From assembly GCA_012295275.1 (NCBI GenBank), contig CM022677.1, forward strand, positions 6,448,001 through 6,512,000: 64,000 nt of DNA, written 5' to 3'. Each line of letters opens with the position of its first letter. The stretch's first letter is position 1. Below, one piece after another: positions 14,584 to 27,860 of this stretch. Origin of the DNA: Chrysomallon squamiferum. Lineage: Eukaryota > Animalia > Mollusca. Both the position numbers and the translations under genes were made by a program. Under the pieces are notes generated by a model. The model was given only the letters and a program-made list of their open reading frames with translations, was not told where the DNA came from and did no database searches.

Positions 14584-17500
14584 TGTATATAAATAATGAT
14601 TATGTCAGATTATCTTTTCCTAGTTGATAACAAATACACAAGACGTTGATCAATATATACATAATAAAAAAAAACAGGCAAAGACTATTCTTTCTTTATT
14701 TATTTTTGTTTTAAATTATTTGAATGTGCCTTAACATTTATAATGTTAAGAAACTGAAACAATTTCAGAAATCTTTTCCATTTTCATTATTGTTTTTAGA
14801 TAAGATTCAATGAGTTTGAATTTGCAAATGTCAGGATTTAAAACGGTTAAGAACAAATACTATTTTCTTTTTTTTACTTAAAATTTTGTAACATAACCTG
14901 GCTATATTTTATTGTTAAGCAAAAACTCCAAACATTACTAAAAATATTTAAAGTACTGAATTTGCATAATCTTATAATATATCTTAAAATAAAAAATGAA
15001 AATTTGAATCTGTAATTTGAATTTTTGTACAAACAAATCAGCTTTAATTTCCATGCAGCTTGGAAATATATTAAATACCAAATTGTACTTCATTTTTTAA
15101 AAAGGAAAAGCTATTTTCTTTTCTTTTCTTTATTTCTTTAATTTATTTTTTTTTCTAGTTTGTTTAAAATTAAAGAAAAATACAGATTATAAAATAATTA
15201 GAAGACATTTGCACATTTTTGAACTAATTTTTTGAGTATTTTGAAAATGTAAACAGCAAATTATAAAATGCTCAGAAAAATTTCATTTATGTACATTTTT
15301 TCTCTTATTTTTTAATTTTATTTTTTTTCTATCATTTTAAAATTATTATTTCCTATTTTTAAACATTCCTTACAGAAATAATTATATTATTCTTTCTAAA
15401 ATGGGAAAGGCAAATTATAAAAACTGGCAGAAATATCTAAACAGAAATAACTGAATATTTAAAATTTTTAGACTATCTGTTCAGGTTTTTAAGTAATTTC
15501 AACTTGAAGATCAATAATTACATAATTTTAAAAATATTTAGACAATGATTACCCCCAGGAAACCCTTGATTGCTCCAGATTTAAATAATAAAAAAAAAAA
15601 AAAACAAAATTTTCCTTTTCTTTATTTTTTTTTTCATTTGATTTAAATAATATAAAAAAAATTCAGATTTCCCCTAATTACATAATCTTCAATTATATTT
15701 TTTGTTTGATTACCTGAGAAAACCTTTAGTTTTCCTCTGATTTAAATAATATTTTAGAAAAAGATAGAAGAAATGTTTTTTGTGTATTTTTTTTTTAAAA
15801 AATTCTAATTACTTCTAACTACAAAATTTTAAAAATATTTAAAACTGATTACCCCCTGCAAAACCCTGATTTTCCCCTGATTTAAATAATATAAAAATAT
15901 GATGATTATAAAAATTAATACCTGTATGCAAAAACTTTCACATTCATTTTAGCTTGTTTACAAAGATGGCATCCCATAGCAATGATGAATCTCCATTCCT
16001 CTTTCAGTGAGAAAAATTAGAACAACCAAGCACACATCAATGATAAAAACAGAGCAAGCTGCTATGAAGTACAATCTGTACACTGGATGTTCTGATCACA
16101 TTGACAATCTCTTGGAGATCACTGAGTTTTCAAAATTCAAAGTACATTTCAGACAGATTTTCTCTTGAAAGACTGCAATGTAATAGCTTTCTGGTTAATC
16201 TTTTCTGAAAATGGGTCTTACAACATTTTCCACTGAAGTGCTGGCTGAGGCAGCTTGAATCTGTTGTCTAGGATCCTACAACAAAATATAATATTCATTA
16301 ATAAACAAAACATAAAATAAAGTGAAAGAAGCATTTGTTGTGAGCTCTAACTGCATTTCACTGTCTTATCAAGAAGTATTTTTTCCATACAATTTAAATA
16401 CAACTGTTCTGTTCACTTTCAATCTCTATAAGGCTGGCATGTACATTTTAATCTAAGGTTTTTCTTGGTGCATAAACCATTATTACATTGATTCTGCACT
16501 AGCCAAACTTAACATCATTTAAAATGTCAAGCAAAATGGGCATGCTTTATGAAAAATTTATATAAAATTATCAGTATATAAAAATAAAATCATCAAAGAA
16601 GATAAACAGTGTAAATATTTAAATGTAATTAATTGTTAATTTAATCTGAAAAAATCCTGACAATCTTTTTATAATTTCTCAGAAGAAAAAAGATAAATGC
16701 AGTTGAACACATTTGACTTAAGCATGAATACAAAATGAATTAGTACATTTAAATAGCTATATTGTTATTTCTAAAACTGATTAATAAACCCTGATATAAT
16801 TAATAAGTAAAACCATTTTGATAACAATGTAAAGTTATGAAGAAAAAAAAATGTGGGAAGACAAAACAACATATGTTACTGATCAATGAAAACATAATGT
16901 ATATTATATACTATATCCTTTTACAATCCTTCTCAGGGATTTTGTTTTTTGTTTTAAAGAAAAAGAAAATCGTTGATATTTTCTAGCTATCCATTATTAT
17001 TTATAGTCCAGATAAGATGGAAACACATGAGTGAAAATAAATAAGTAAAGTGCTGCAATCCATAATAAGAAAAAACTGCTGACAGAAGCTTGGAATTTCC
17101 TAAACAAACAGTTCTACAAATTTCCTAAAATCACTCATCTAGATCCATTACTAAAATACATCATTAACATAAATGAAATAACAATAAAGTATTTCTTGAT
17201 CATCTTTCAGGCTCTGAATAAAACAAAGTTGAACTTAAAAAACTGAAACATAAATAAATCCTAGTGAAAACATTAAATTATCTCTCAAAATGCTCTTTTA
17301 TATATTACATGCAAACAGTAATAAATACAAAATACAAAATAAAAGATTATACTTTATAATTGCAGATCATTAATAACTCAAAACAATATTATTTGCTTGA
17401 GTATTATTTTGAGTAGATTTCTCACCACCAAACATAAAACTAATTTTCATGACATTCTTGTCACTCTAGGAGCAACACACAATTCTAGGTGTGTACCTTG

Positions 17501-18729
17501 TACTTGATACAGGGCTGGGAGACCTACTGCACTGGGGTAACAGTGATTTACAAAATAAAATACCAAAATGAGTTGTCTATTGTTTTTATCATCATCACAC
17601 CATTATTCATAAATAAGGTCAACATCATCATAATAAATAAATAAATAATGTTGAAATTAAATGAACAATCTTGAATATTAGAAAACAAAATATATATGTA
17701 TGCTGTAAGTAAATGTGACATTTTTTAAAGTGCAAAAGTAAAAATTAACATAAATGGGTAAAAAAAAAAAAAAAAAATGAATTCATGGACCATGTAATAC
17801 AAAATTGATTAAGTTACTGAATGTTACTTATATAAAGTGAATTAAACATTTTTTTACTGTAATAATGGAAATTTGTATATAATGTTTCTTTTTGGTTCTG
17901 TTGTAAACAGAATTTAAAAAAATCCTTTCCGACTGAAATAATTTTAAGAAGTTAAAAATAAAATTACAGTATTATAACAGCTTAGATTACATTATCATTA
18001 TGTTTTAGCTTAATACAACATTAGTAAGGATTTATAATGTTTGTATGATTAACTTTTACGATTGCATATGTGGTCAAGTTAGAAATTATCCATGAAAATG
18101 ACTTGCTGTAATTATTTCTTACTTTGTCAATTGATTCTGAGTGTAATATTGTAATACTGTTAGTTACTCAAGGCTGTTAAAAGAAAACATTTTGAAGTAA
18201 GAATAATATCCAAATATGACTTCAGTATATATATATCCAAAATGAATTATAATATTGGTTGATTTAATTAACACAATATAAATACAGAACACAAAACCAA
18301 ATGACCTATCTTTTTTATCTGGCACTCAATCCAAATCCCGGTTCAGCAACAGTCTTATTTCACTAATTTCATATTAAAACTAATTTCACAGAATAAAATA
18401 AACATTATTTCACACAAAATGAAAATTAGCTTTCATTAAAAAATGACAAAAACATGTAAGAATAAAATAATAAAAAATAAAATAAAAAAATAAAAATTGT
18501 CGTCTCTTGGTAATTAAATTATCAAAATACCTCAGAGGCTGAAACTGAATTGTGAATTGATCTTTCTTGTGTGATAATTTAATGTTTTCAACACGCGTAA
18601 CCATTACTTCCATTAGATCACACGTGTGGAAATAAAAGTTATGTCTCTGTGAAAATATATAATCTTTACTAGTATTAAAGGTATTTTATCTGTTTTATCA
18701 ATGTAAATTATTGCTGAATATACGTGAGC

Positions 18730-19685
18730 ATGCAACATGAAAGCAAAAAAGGAACAAAGAGAAGATGTAAGAGTAAAAATGGAGAAAGTGAACAGAAAAT
18801 AAGGATAAGCATTAGCCAAGCTGCTCTGGGATGTCAAATAACGAGATGTTCATCTACACCATTTTATCAGTCAACACCAGTTCAACAGTCTCAGCAGTCA
18901 CAGTATGGACAATACAGACAAACCTAATGATCCCACTGTCTGTTTTCTGGGTTAATTTCACCAGTTGTGAACAATCAAGATGTCAGTATAAAATTAGATA
19001 CTTTGATTAGAAAGTTAGATATAATGTGTGATAAACTGGAAAAATTGAACATGTTTGAAAAACAACTGAATAGTATGGAAATAACAAGATATCAGTGGTA
19101 AAATGATTGATATTAAGAAAAAAGTACAAGATATGAAAAGGGTATGAATTACATTCACTGACAGTTTGAAAGAATACAAAAATCTTGTAGATTTGAAATC
19201 TGTTGTCTTAGATATGAACAGTTCTACTCATGAAATGAGAGACAATAATAAAAGTATGACACAACAAATATGTGAATTAAAATCTCAAGAGAAAAACACA
19301 ATGACCTATACACTCACTTCATGTGTGACAATTTAATCTTTAGTGGGATACCAGAGAAAGACACAGACAAGGAGTTGAAAATGTTTATGAAAAATGAAAT
19401 GAAAGTAGAAAATAATACTGACTTTCACAGAGTGAACAACTGGGGAGAAGTTTGATGGATATATAAGGCCTATTGTTGCTAAATTCATTTTATATAAAGA
19501 CAGATAAATAGTGAGAAGAGCTGCACCCAAAACACTGATAAACAAGCCATACAGGGTTAATGAACAATTCCTGAAAGAAATTAATGACAGCAGAAAATTA
19601 CTATATCCACATTACAGCAAAAAGGCAAGGGAAAAGACTGGTGTTAAATGGTGATAATCTGTATATCAAGGGCACGCTGTTTACA
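18730..19685 (+). mobile_element. Non-LTR retrotransposon ORF1 remnant (L1-ORF1p-like coiled coil / RRM / CTD, as in CR1/L2-type LINEs)
   Basis: Across frameshifts: KLDTLIRKLDIMCDKLEKLNMFEKQL, CDNLIFSGIPE, DFHRV, RPIVAKF, IVRRAAPKTLINKPYRVNEQF, INDSRKLLYP, GDNLYIKG. Confidence 0.85.
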
Positions 19686-19734
19686 CTGGGACAGTTCAGG
19701 CCAGAAGCCAGGAACACAAACATGAACAATCATC

Positions 19735-20870
19735 AGCTAAGTCATACCAAGGTTATTATCTTCTGTCCAAGTATGAGATTCTTCAGTGTGGTGATGTTGA
19801 GAAGTTGATAAGATGTTGATAAGATGTTGCACCTCCAACCATGACCTGAGTATTACTGGCACATCAAAGAGACATTCAATGTTATCAGATGTGCACACAT
19901 TGGTACGAGCCATTGTGGATGCAATCGAATGGTAAAAGAGATATACAAGAAGTACACCAATGTTACCAGGGATTCTACTGAACTGTTTAAGTCAGTGTGC
20001 ACTGACTGTCAGTGTAAACTGATGACAAAGGGTGTGGTTGTCTAACCAATCTTGTCTAAAGAGTTCTCTGCTCATGGCCAAGTAGATCTCATTGATATTC
20101 AATTGTTACCGCATGGTTCTTTCAAGTGGATTATGGTTTATCAGGATCATCTTACAAAGTTTGTTGTTATCTGCCCACTGACATCAAAGTGAGCTGCTGA
20201 GGTTGCAAACCAACTCATGGACATATTTCTGCTATTCGGTTCTGAATTTACAGCTCAAATTATTTCTGATTTGAAGAGTTGTGGCCAGAGCTAGTTATAG
20301 TCCTTGGTAAACCACGCCACCCACAGAGTCAAGGTTCTGTAGAACATGTGAATTATGACATTAAAGACTCGCTTGTTGTGAGGATGAGTTAGAATGATAC
20401 CACTGACTGGACTGTTAAATTTGTTCAGTTTCACAAGAACTTGAGTTTCAATGCTGGAATAAAACAGTCACCTTGTACAACCTTATTTGGCATCAAAGTC
20501 AGGATTGGTTTGACTTCCTTGTTGTTACCACATTATGTTATCCACAAGCTACAGAAGGAAGATGACTTACTAGACATTCTGTCCAGCAGCTCAACTCAAC
20601 CAGACACTCAACCTCTACCAGAAACAATTCAACCTCTATCAGAAACAATTCAACCTCTATCAGAAATGACTCAACCTCGATCAGAAACAACTCAACCTCT
20701 ATCTGAAACGACTCAACCTCTACCAGATACAACTAAACCTCTATCAGAAACAACTTGATCTCTACCAGAAATGATTCAATCAAAGAGCAGCATAGACAAG
20801 AAAAGAAAGCTTGCAGTAGTCGCACAACAGAAACAAGTTGAGCATGTTGATAAGCGAAGTCGTGTGATTA
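19735..20870 (+). mobile_element. Ginger2/KRBA2/SCAND3-like DDE integrase-type transposase remnant
   Basis: YEILQCGDVEKLIR; AHIGTSHCGCNRMVKEI...CTDCQ (H2C2 zinc finger); QVDLID; YQDHLTKF; DIFLLFG^SEF (the LQSDNG catalytic segment is deleted at ~20240); GKPRHPQSQGSVE; FVQFHKN; GIKQSP. Contains stops and a frameshift. Confidence 0.92.
20590..20780 (+). repeat. 21-bp tandem repeat encoding TQPLSET within the Ginger2 C-terminal linker
   Basis: (A)CTCAACCTCTA(T/C)CAGAAACAA repeated about 8 times; ORF 20441-20758. Confidence 0.85.
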
Positions 20871-20884
20871 TGAAGGATAATGTC

Positions 20885-21295
20885 AGATTCTGAGGATGAG
20901 AATGAAGCATTGGAATATGGAAATAATAGTGATTTTTAAAGCAAAGAGAGTGACGATGATGTTGTCAATGATACAAATAATAATAACACGAATGCAAATG
21001 AAGGTGAAAATTAAAGTGATTCTACTGATAACCACGACCCAGGTGGTGATGTTTTACAATATGTAAGGAGGTGTGGCTGTTGTAGAGGTGTGGCTACAGA
21101 ATTCTCAGCTTCAGGTAAACCAGCTTCAGTGGATGAATGACACGAGAGTATCGTGAAAAACAATTCAATCCTAAAGAACCACTCAGTCCCAAACATATTC
21201 CAGATTCATTCAATAATGAGAGCAGCCCTGCTGACTTGTTGATGTTATTCTGGAATGTTGATTTGTGGCAGCTCTTTGTTTTCAAAACTAATACA
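20885..21295 (+). mobile_element. piggyBac (PGBD4-like) transposase N-terminal remnant
   Basis: Acidic N-terminus (DSEDENE..SDDDVV) followed by KQFNPKEPLSPKHIPDSFNNESSPADLLMLFWNVDLWQLFVFKTN, matching the P-x-D-x-F-x-LF...LW..IV..TN start of piggyBac transposases. Confidence 0.72.
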
Positions 21296-21672
21296 GAACT
21301 ATCTGATATGATAAAAGATTTTATTATTAATGAATATATTAAGTATACTGCTAACCTTATGTTACATTTATATGTTCTATTGTTTAATGTTATTCTTCAC
21401 TCAGCAATTATACTATCCGATTGGTTAGTGGGACTCCTCAAACCAATATAAAAAATAAAGGAGCTCGAAATGACTCTGAAAATTATAGACATTATTAATT
21501 ACATTATTAAGCTGTTCAGGTACATTTTTTACATCTGTACTTAATTCCACATGAAATAAGTATGCAGATGAAACAAACCTGATTTTAGAAAATATGATGC
21601 TTCTTCTTCTTTTATTTTAAAATATAGAAAGTTACAACAAAATAATCAGGTTTGTATAAAAGTAAGTGTGTA

Positions 21673-21754
<82 letters not shown>

Positions 21755-24006
21755 CAGTTATGACACAAGATTCTAATGTATGTTACACAATGCAACTTCC
21801 TACATTAAATTAAATTAAACTTCATTAGGTTTAGAATATTAAGAAAACAAACTCAAATTCACTGTTCAGTTTTTTTTCTCTTTTCCAGTGGCAGCAGTAC
21901 AAACTTTATCCTCAGTGCTGGACAGCACCTTCTACTGAAACAACTTCACTAGCCAACATCAGCACATCAATTAGAGCTGTATGTGCATTCTGAAAAAAAA
22001 AGAAATAAAATAATAAAATAATAAAAATAAATAATGTTTCTGTTATTATTAAAATTTGACTGTTATCAGTTACTCGATTATTCAGACACAAAGTGGTGTG
22101 GGATATTTTTGGTATACTTTGTATAATTATTATAATGATAATGATGATAATGGTATTAATTTAATTAATTAACAAAACAATAGCAAATAAATGATTATTA
22201 TTATGGTATTTTACAATCAGTAAAGAGTTGTTTCTATAAAATTTATTTCACTTTCTCTAAGAAATAAAAATAAACTAAAAAAATCACAACTTGGAATTGT
22301 GCAGTCTGCAGTTTCTGTACAGCTGATTCATCCTTCTCCACTGTTGAGAGGTTTCTGAAAACATTCTAACACCGGCCTGACACATTAATTGACACCAGGC
22401 TGTTGGTTCACATTATCAATAGTCTCTTGTATCCCTTCTTTGGAAAATGACCTGGATTTTTGTGATGATGAAGTAGGGGACAGGGACCTGGGTGTATTCA
22501 TCCCACTCTGAATCAGGTGCAGGACTAGTTTGGTCCTTCGAATGTGCAGCTCAACTTCCTGGCTGTTGTCTTTCCCACTGTCAGACACAGCGTGTCCAGT
22601 CATCTATCAAGTGGTTTTGTTTTGCAGCGTAGCAGATGAAGTGTTTTTTTCCAGCATCAGCTTGTTTTCACAAAACTGCAGACTTCAGTGGTGCTCTGCT
22701 CTTTCCTTCTTGTTACTGTCCATGCTGAATGTAAACCATCGATATATCCATACTATAGTATTCCAGCAGCACTTGCACTCTACAGTGTGGTTCTGGTCAG
22801 TGATTGTGTAGCTGGATGAGAAATTTATAAAATGTTTCACTTGCATCTGATTTTTTGTAGAAACATTCTTTAAATTCATTTGGAATATGTTCTCCTTATA
22901 CATTCTGCAATATCCATGCCACTGATGATTTTAATTTGTCCTGGAAAACATGAAAAATAAATAAATATTAGTAATGATATGAAAAAGCAAATGAATAATA
23001 ATAATAAATGCCTTATACATTCTTAGGTTTATACTGTATGAGTTGATCATGTTGTAAATTATTATAACAAATAATTTTACATATGAAATAACCTGGTCAC
23101 ATTTTTCTTTTATTTGTATTCATCTTTATTAGTTTTTAACATTAACATAGAGCTATATAGGTATTTAACTTTAATAATATGAAAGAATTTAGGACCCCGG
23201 CCATTATAAACTTTAATATGGTTAAAAAAAAAAAAATCATTTAATGGATAGAGGAAGTAAGCAATTTAACATAAATCTTTAAAAAAATAAATCGTAAATA
23301 AACTGACGGAAAACAACCTGCCAAACAAAATCAGTATATTTTCTTTTAATAGTTTTATTTTTATAATAAAAAAAAAAAAAAAAAAAATCATTGACGTAAA
23401 CTTCAAATAAACGGTGTTGTTATTTTTTCCCCTACTTTCTCTTTCTTTTTAATCACAGAGCTTACAGTTCACACTACAATAAGTTGCTCTTACGTCTACA
23501 AATCGTGCTGGTGATGGGTACTGAAATTACTTCTTAATTTTGTTATACTGTACAAATCGACAAATGGATCATTGAAAATAAGTTGCTGAAAGATTGATGT
23601 TCATCAAACACAGAGACACACATAGATAGAGAGACCAGGATGAATTACATTTAGTTGTAAACTGAGGGACATGTTGGATGAAGCGATCGAGATCAGAGAT
23701 GATTTGATGTCTTTTTGTTTGACGGATAGATAGACCGAGCAAGAGACCTTCATATGGATTAATAGGAAAATAGATATATATACCATAGATAGATAAACAG
23801 ACAGACAGATAGATTAGATAGACTGAAAATGAAAAAGGTTGATATGTCCCTGTCATAGTTTGTATTGAGTTAATAAAAGAATATCAGCCTGATCTCGCGC
23901 CCACTCAACTTTTCCTTTATAACATCTTACATTTCATCGATTATAGAGAAGACCTGAATACTGGGAAATATAGAGCGTACGTTCAGTTTATTTTAATTTT
24001 TTAAAG

Positions 24007-24063
<57 letters not shown>

Positions 24064-25184
24064 AACAAATAGAAGAAAACTCAAATAATATTCCATTATG
24101 TACACAAAGTTATCAAGTTTGTTTTGTAAAACTATAAATCATAACATAAATCATAAACAAGTAAAAATAAGATGATATTTTTAATTAAGGATACCGCTAT
24201 TGACAGTCTAAATAATGTTTGTGAAAGAAAAATATATCTAATAAAAATAGTTTAATAAACTTCAAAATGTTGATGAATTTCAGATTAATCAAATTATTTC
24301 TCGTAGTAAAATAAAAGGTCAATTTAAATTTGATAATAATAAATTTGACAAACTTGAACTCAACTTAATTTTTTAATTACAGTCATTAAAGGGTGTACAT
24401 CAGCGCAATTTGTATAGTGTAATATACTTTACATTTTTTATTATACCTGAAAGTCTCTTATTACATTAGATATAACCGCTTCACCAGTCATAATCAATAT
24501 AACAGTGAAGCAGACACCATAGTTGTCAGTCCTCCCTTTTTCTGTAAAAACGGAAGCTACCTATGTATGTTTGACGCTATTCTCTTAGTTTCATTAGAAC
24601 TGTTCTGAGTACGGATATAAAAATTACTTCGAATTTTTTATTAAGCCGCGTGAAATTATCAGATAAATCAGATTTATTCTTAGTTTATTGTTTCTGTCGA
24701 GATAAAAACTAAATACTTCTTTTAAAAAAGTATATAATAATGATAATAATGATTTATTTATAATGTAATTGCATGAGAAATCGTGAACTTTTATCACAGT
24801 TAACTAAAGAATATCGCTATTTGCACTGATAATGTTACCCAAAAATAAGACCCTTGTTTTATCATGTCTGTATTATTTATATGGCATTTTAACATTATAT
24901 TAATTAGAGATTATAGGTTATATTATTGAATAAATATGGAATCTCATTCTTGATTATTAACTTACTTTTAGATGTGTTTAAGGAAAATTAATGATATATT
25001 CTTAATTACATAATTTGATAAATACTAGCTGAATTTTAGATTAATGATGTAATTTCATCTAGAGAGAGAGATGTAAATTGTGTCGCGGAATGTCATGTTA
25101 CAGCGATCATAAAACACATATGAGGAAAACGTCCCAAAATAAATAGTTGGGTATTTTAAAGAAGTTATTTGATTCAGATGGACT

Positions 25185-25372
25185 TTTTTATATTTAATCA
25201 TATCAAAATGATTTAAAAATATTAAAATATATTTAATCATATCAACATTATTTAAACATATTAAAATATATTTAATCATATCAACATATATTTAATCATA
25301 TCAAAATATGCTTAAACATATCAAAATATACTTAACTGTTTCAAAATATATTTAATTATATCTGAATATGTT
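25185..25372. repeat. ~22-bp AT-rich tandem repeat
   Basis: ATATATTTAATCATATCAA(A/C) and variants recur. Confidence 0.75.
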
Positions 25373-25954
25373 TGTCTTAAACGTTTTATTTGCTACTATG
25401 TAGCCACGTACTTACCTTCTAATTAACGGTTCTATTTTGTAAACTCTTCAGAACATGAAATATGTTTCATTATTTTCTGCAAATGATTATGTGCGTGTGT
25501 GCGTGTGTCTGTGTGTCCATATCTATCTCTATAAAAATGTAACCGTATCTTACTTAAATTTATTTTGTGAATACGAATGTGTACGTAAAGTGCCTTTTGA
25601 AAACTGCGAATGTGAAAAAGGACTCAATATTTGTATTGAAAAATGTACGCAAACTAATAAAAATATGTTCCTTATATAAATTCAGGTCTTTTGTTTTATG
25701 ATTTACAGTCAGCGATCAAGTGGGTTAAGAGAATTTACATTATCCTCACTTGAAGAAATCACAGTTGTTTCACTCGAGTGTTTACAATAATCATGTTCTA
25801 TGAAAAATGATATATTTTCAGAGATAGGTTTGATGCTGAAGTTTGCATTTGTTTAGCCAACACAGCACTGATTTTCTGAGACTACTGGGTTCAAGATAAA
25901 TAAACTGTAATGAAAATTACAAACAACTTTTCTTGCGTTCAAATCCTATACTAA

Positions 25955-26390
25955 AATGTATTATTACTATTTCTATTAATATCACCATAGTTGCTGTCCT
26001 TGTTCCTAGCTTTGTTGTGTAATTCTCATTATTGTTTTGCGCTTTTTATTAGTCATTACTCATTTTTTCTGAGTATTAAATTGTATTATTGTAATTTCTA
26101 TTAATGTCGCCGTCGTTGCCGTCGTACCGACATAGTTCCTAACGTAGTTATTAGAGCGCTTCTCATTGTTCTTCTTTTTTTTGTTTTTATCACCTATTAT
26201 TCTTATTTCTTATTTTTGCGCATCCTGTATTAAAATATATTATTAATATATCTTTATTATTAGTGTTAACGTTGGAGACGCTGCTGTCGTACCTGTGTTG
26301 TCCTTTAAGGTTGGTGTTTATTATTCTTTTTCGCATTTTATGATTCTTACTTTCCTGCAGTGCGTATCCAGTACTGAAATTACTGTCATT
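25955..26390 (+). repeat. Degenerate ~120-140-bp satellite-like repeat; same family at 40478-41280
   Basis: Shared core TATTAATGTCGC(C/T)GTCGTTGCCGTCGTACC...TTCCTAAC...TTATTCTTACTTTC..AGTGTGC at both sites. Confidence 0.7.
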
Positions 26391-27309
26391 ATTACTGATA
26401 TTACCACTAATTTACTGCTATTTCTACTAATCTGCCGCCGTTTCTTTGTCGATACTATCGCCATTACTACTAATCTCTCACTGTTACTTCAGCAATACTA
26501 CTTCTGGTACTACTAATCTCTCACTGTTACTTCAGCAATACTACTTCTGGTACTACTAATGTGTCACTGTTACTTCAGCAATACTACTTCTATTACTATT
26601 AATCTGTCAGTTACTTCATCGATACTTTTGATATTACTACTAATCTGTCACTGTTACTGCGTGAATACTATTGTTATTACTACTAATCTGCCTGTATTAC
26701 ATCAGTGATACTACTGATATTACTACTAATCTACAAGTGTTACTTTAGGGATACTACTGTTATCACTACTAATCTACCACTTACTTTAGTGATACTACTG
26801 ATATGTCAATGTTACTTCAGTGATACTATCGATATTACTGCTAATCTGCCACTGTTACTTCAGCAATATTACTGCTATTACTACTAATATGTCACTGTTA
26901 CTTCAGCGATACTACTGCTATTGTTACTAATCTACCATTGTTATTCAGCGATACTACTGATATTACTCCTAATCACTTTTACTTCAGCAATACCACTGCT
27001 ATTATTACTAATCTGTCAGTTACTTCAGCAATACTACGCTATTATTACTAATCTGTCACTGTTACATCAGCCATACTACTAATATTACCACTAATCCGTG
27101 ACTGTTACTTCAGAGATATTACTGATATTACTACTAATATGTCACTGTTATTTCAGCCATACTACTGATATTACTACTAATCTGTCATTAATATTTCAGC
27201 CATACTACTGATATTACTACTAATCTGTCATTAATATTACTAATATTTCAGCCATACTACTGATATTACTACTAATCTGTCACTGTTATTTCAACCATAC
27301 TACTGATAT
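26385..27309. repeat. ~39-bp minisatellite array (about 20 degenerate units)
   Basis: Consensus CTACTAATCTGTCACTGTTACTTCAGCAATACTACTGATATTA-like. Confidence 0.9.
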
Positions 27310-27860
27310 ATAAATGGAATATAAAACATGCATTATAACTTTAGAAATGTGCTGTTTAATGCTTTACTGTTGTGGTTATCAATATACCTAATGTAATTCA
27401 TTAGCCATAAAGTTCCACTAAATCATTAACAACTGAATGTTTTTGTTTTTATGTGGGTTTTTTTTTTTTTGGTTTTTTTAAGAGAAATCCTTAATATTAT
27501 TTGAGTCATTTTTCACTTTTGTAGGCAGAGAAGTATAATTATTGCTTGTTACGTGGACACAAGACATTTGTTTCACATGCTTCTTGAAGATTCCTCTTCG
27601 TATCTGTGCATGTTCGTATCTCAAATCTTATTCTAATGCTCTACCACGTTTCACTACAACTACCCAGTCTATGAAGTGTCCATGCAGACCAGGCACCATC
27701 AACTATAAGCGTGAAATTAAAGAATAAATAAATTAATATTAAAAACAAATATATTAAAAATGAATTAAATATTCTTTAATTGCGCTTGAATATTAAATAT
27801 TCTTAAATATCTTTAAGACAGGTTATTGATCAGACATGCAAAATTATCTATGAATTAATG

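Larger units (their letters stand above)
16096..22940 (-). pseudogene. Decayed multi-exon gene, possibly SAMD3-like / transposon-associated family (exon remnants ~22290-22940, ~21860-21989, 17497-17547, 16096-16275)
   Basis: Higher-GC blocks, most starting at pyrimidine-AG acceptors (22941, 21990, 16276). Fragments VAWILQNV*GEHIPNEFKE, YGYIDG..RRK, VSQPCIKYK and IFRKD*PESYYIAVFQEKICL resemble the remembered layout (G-Y-I..R; QP..I; F-x3-YP..F-x-Q) of SAMD3-like proteins. Many stops and frameshifts. The family call is tentative. Confidence 0.4.
25833..27727 (+). pseudogene. Candidate two-exon small secreted Cys-rich peptide pseudogene (signal exon 25833-25895; mature exon 27525-27727)
   Basis: Exon 1 reads MLKFAFV/-ANTALIF*DYWVQ(G) with a frameshift, a stop and CAAG|ATAAAT (possible GT->AT donor loss). 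Exon 2 follows ttttgtAG (27524) and in phase 1 reads GREV*LLLVTWTQDICFTCFLKIPLRICACSYLKS...MKCPCRPGTINYKREIKE*, overlapping AATAAA at 27723. Confidence 0.35.
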
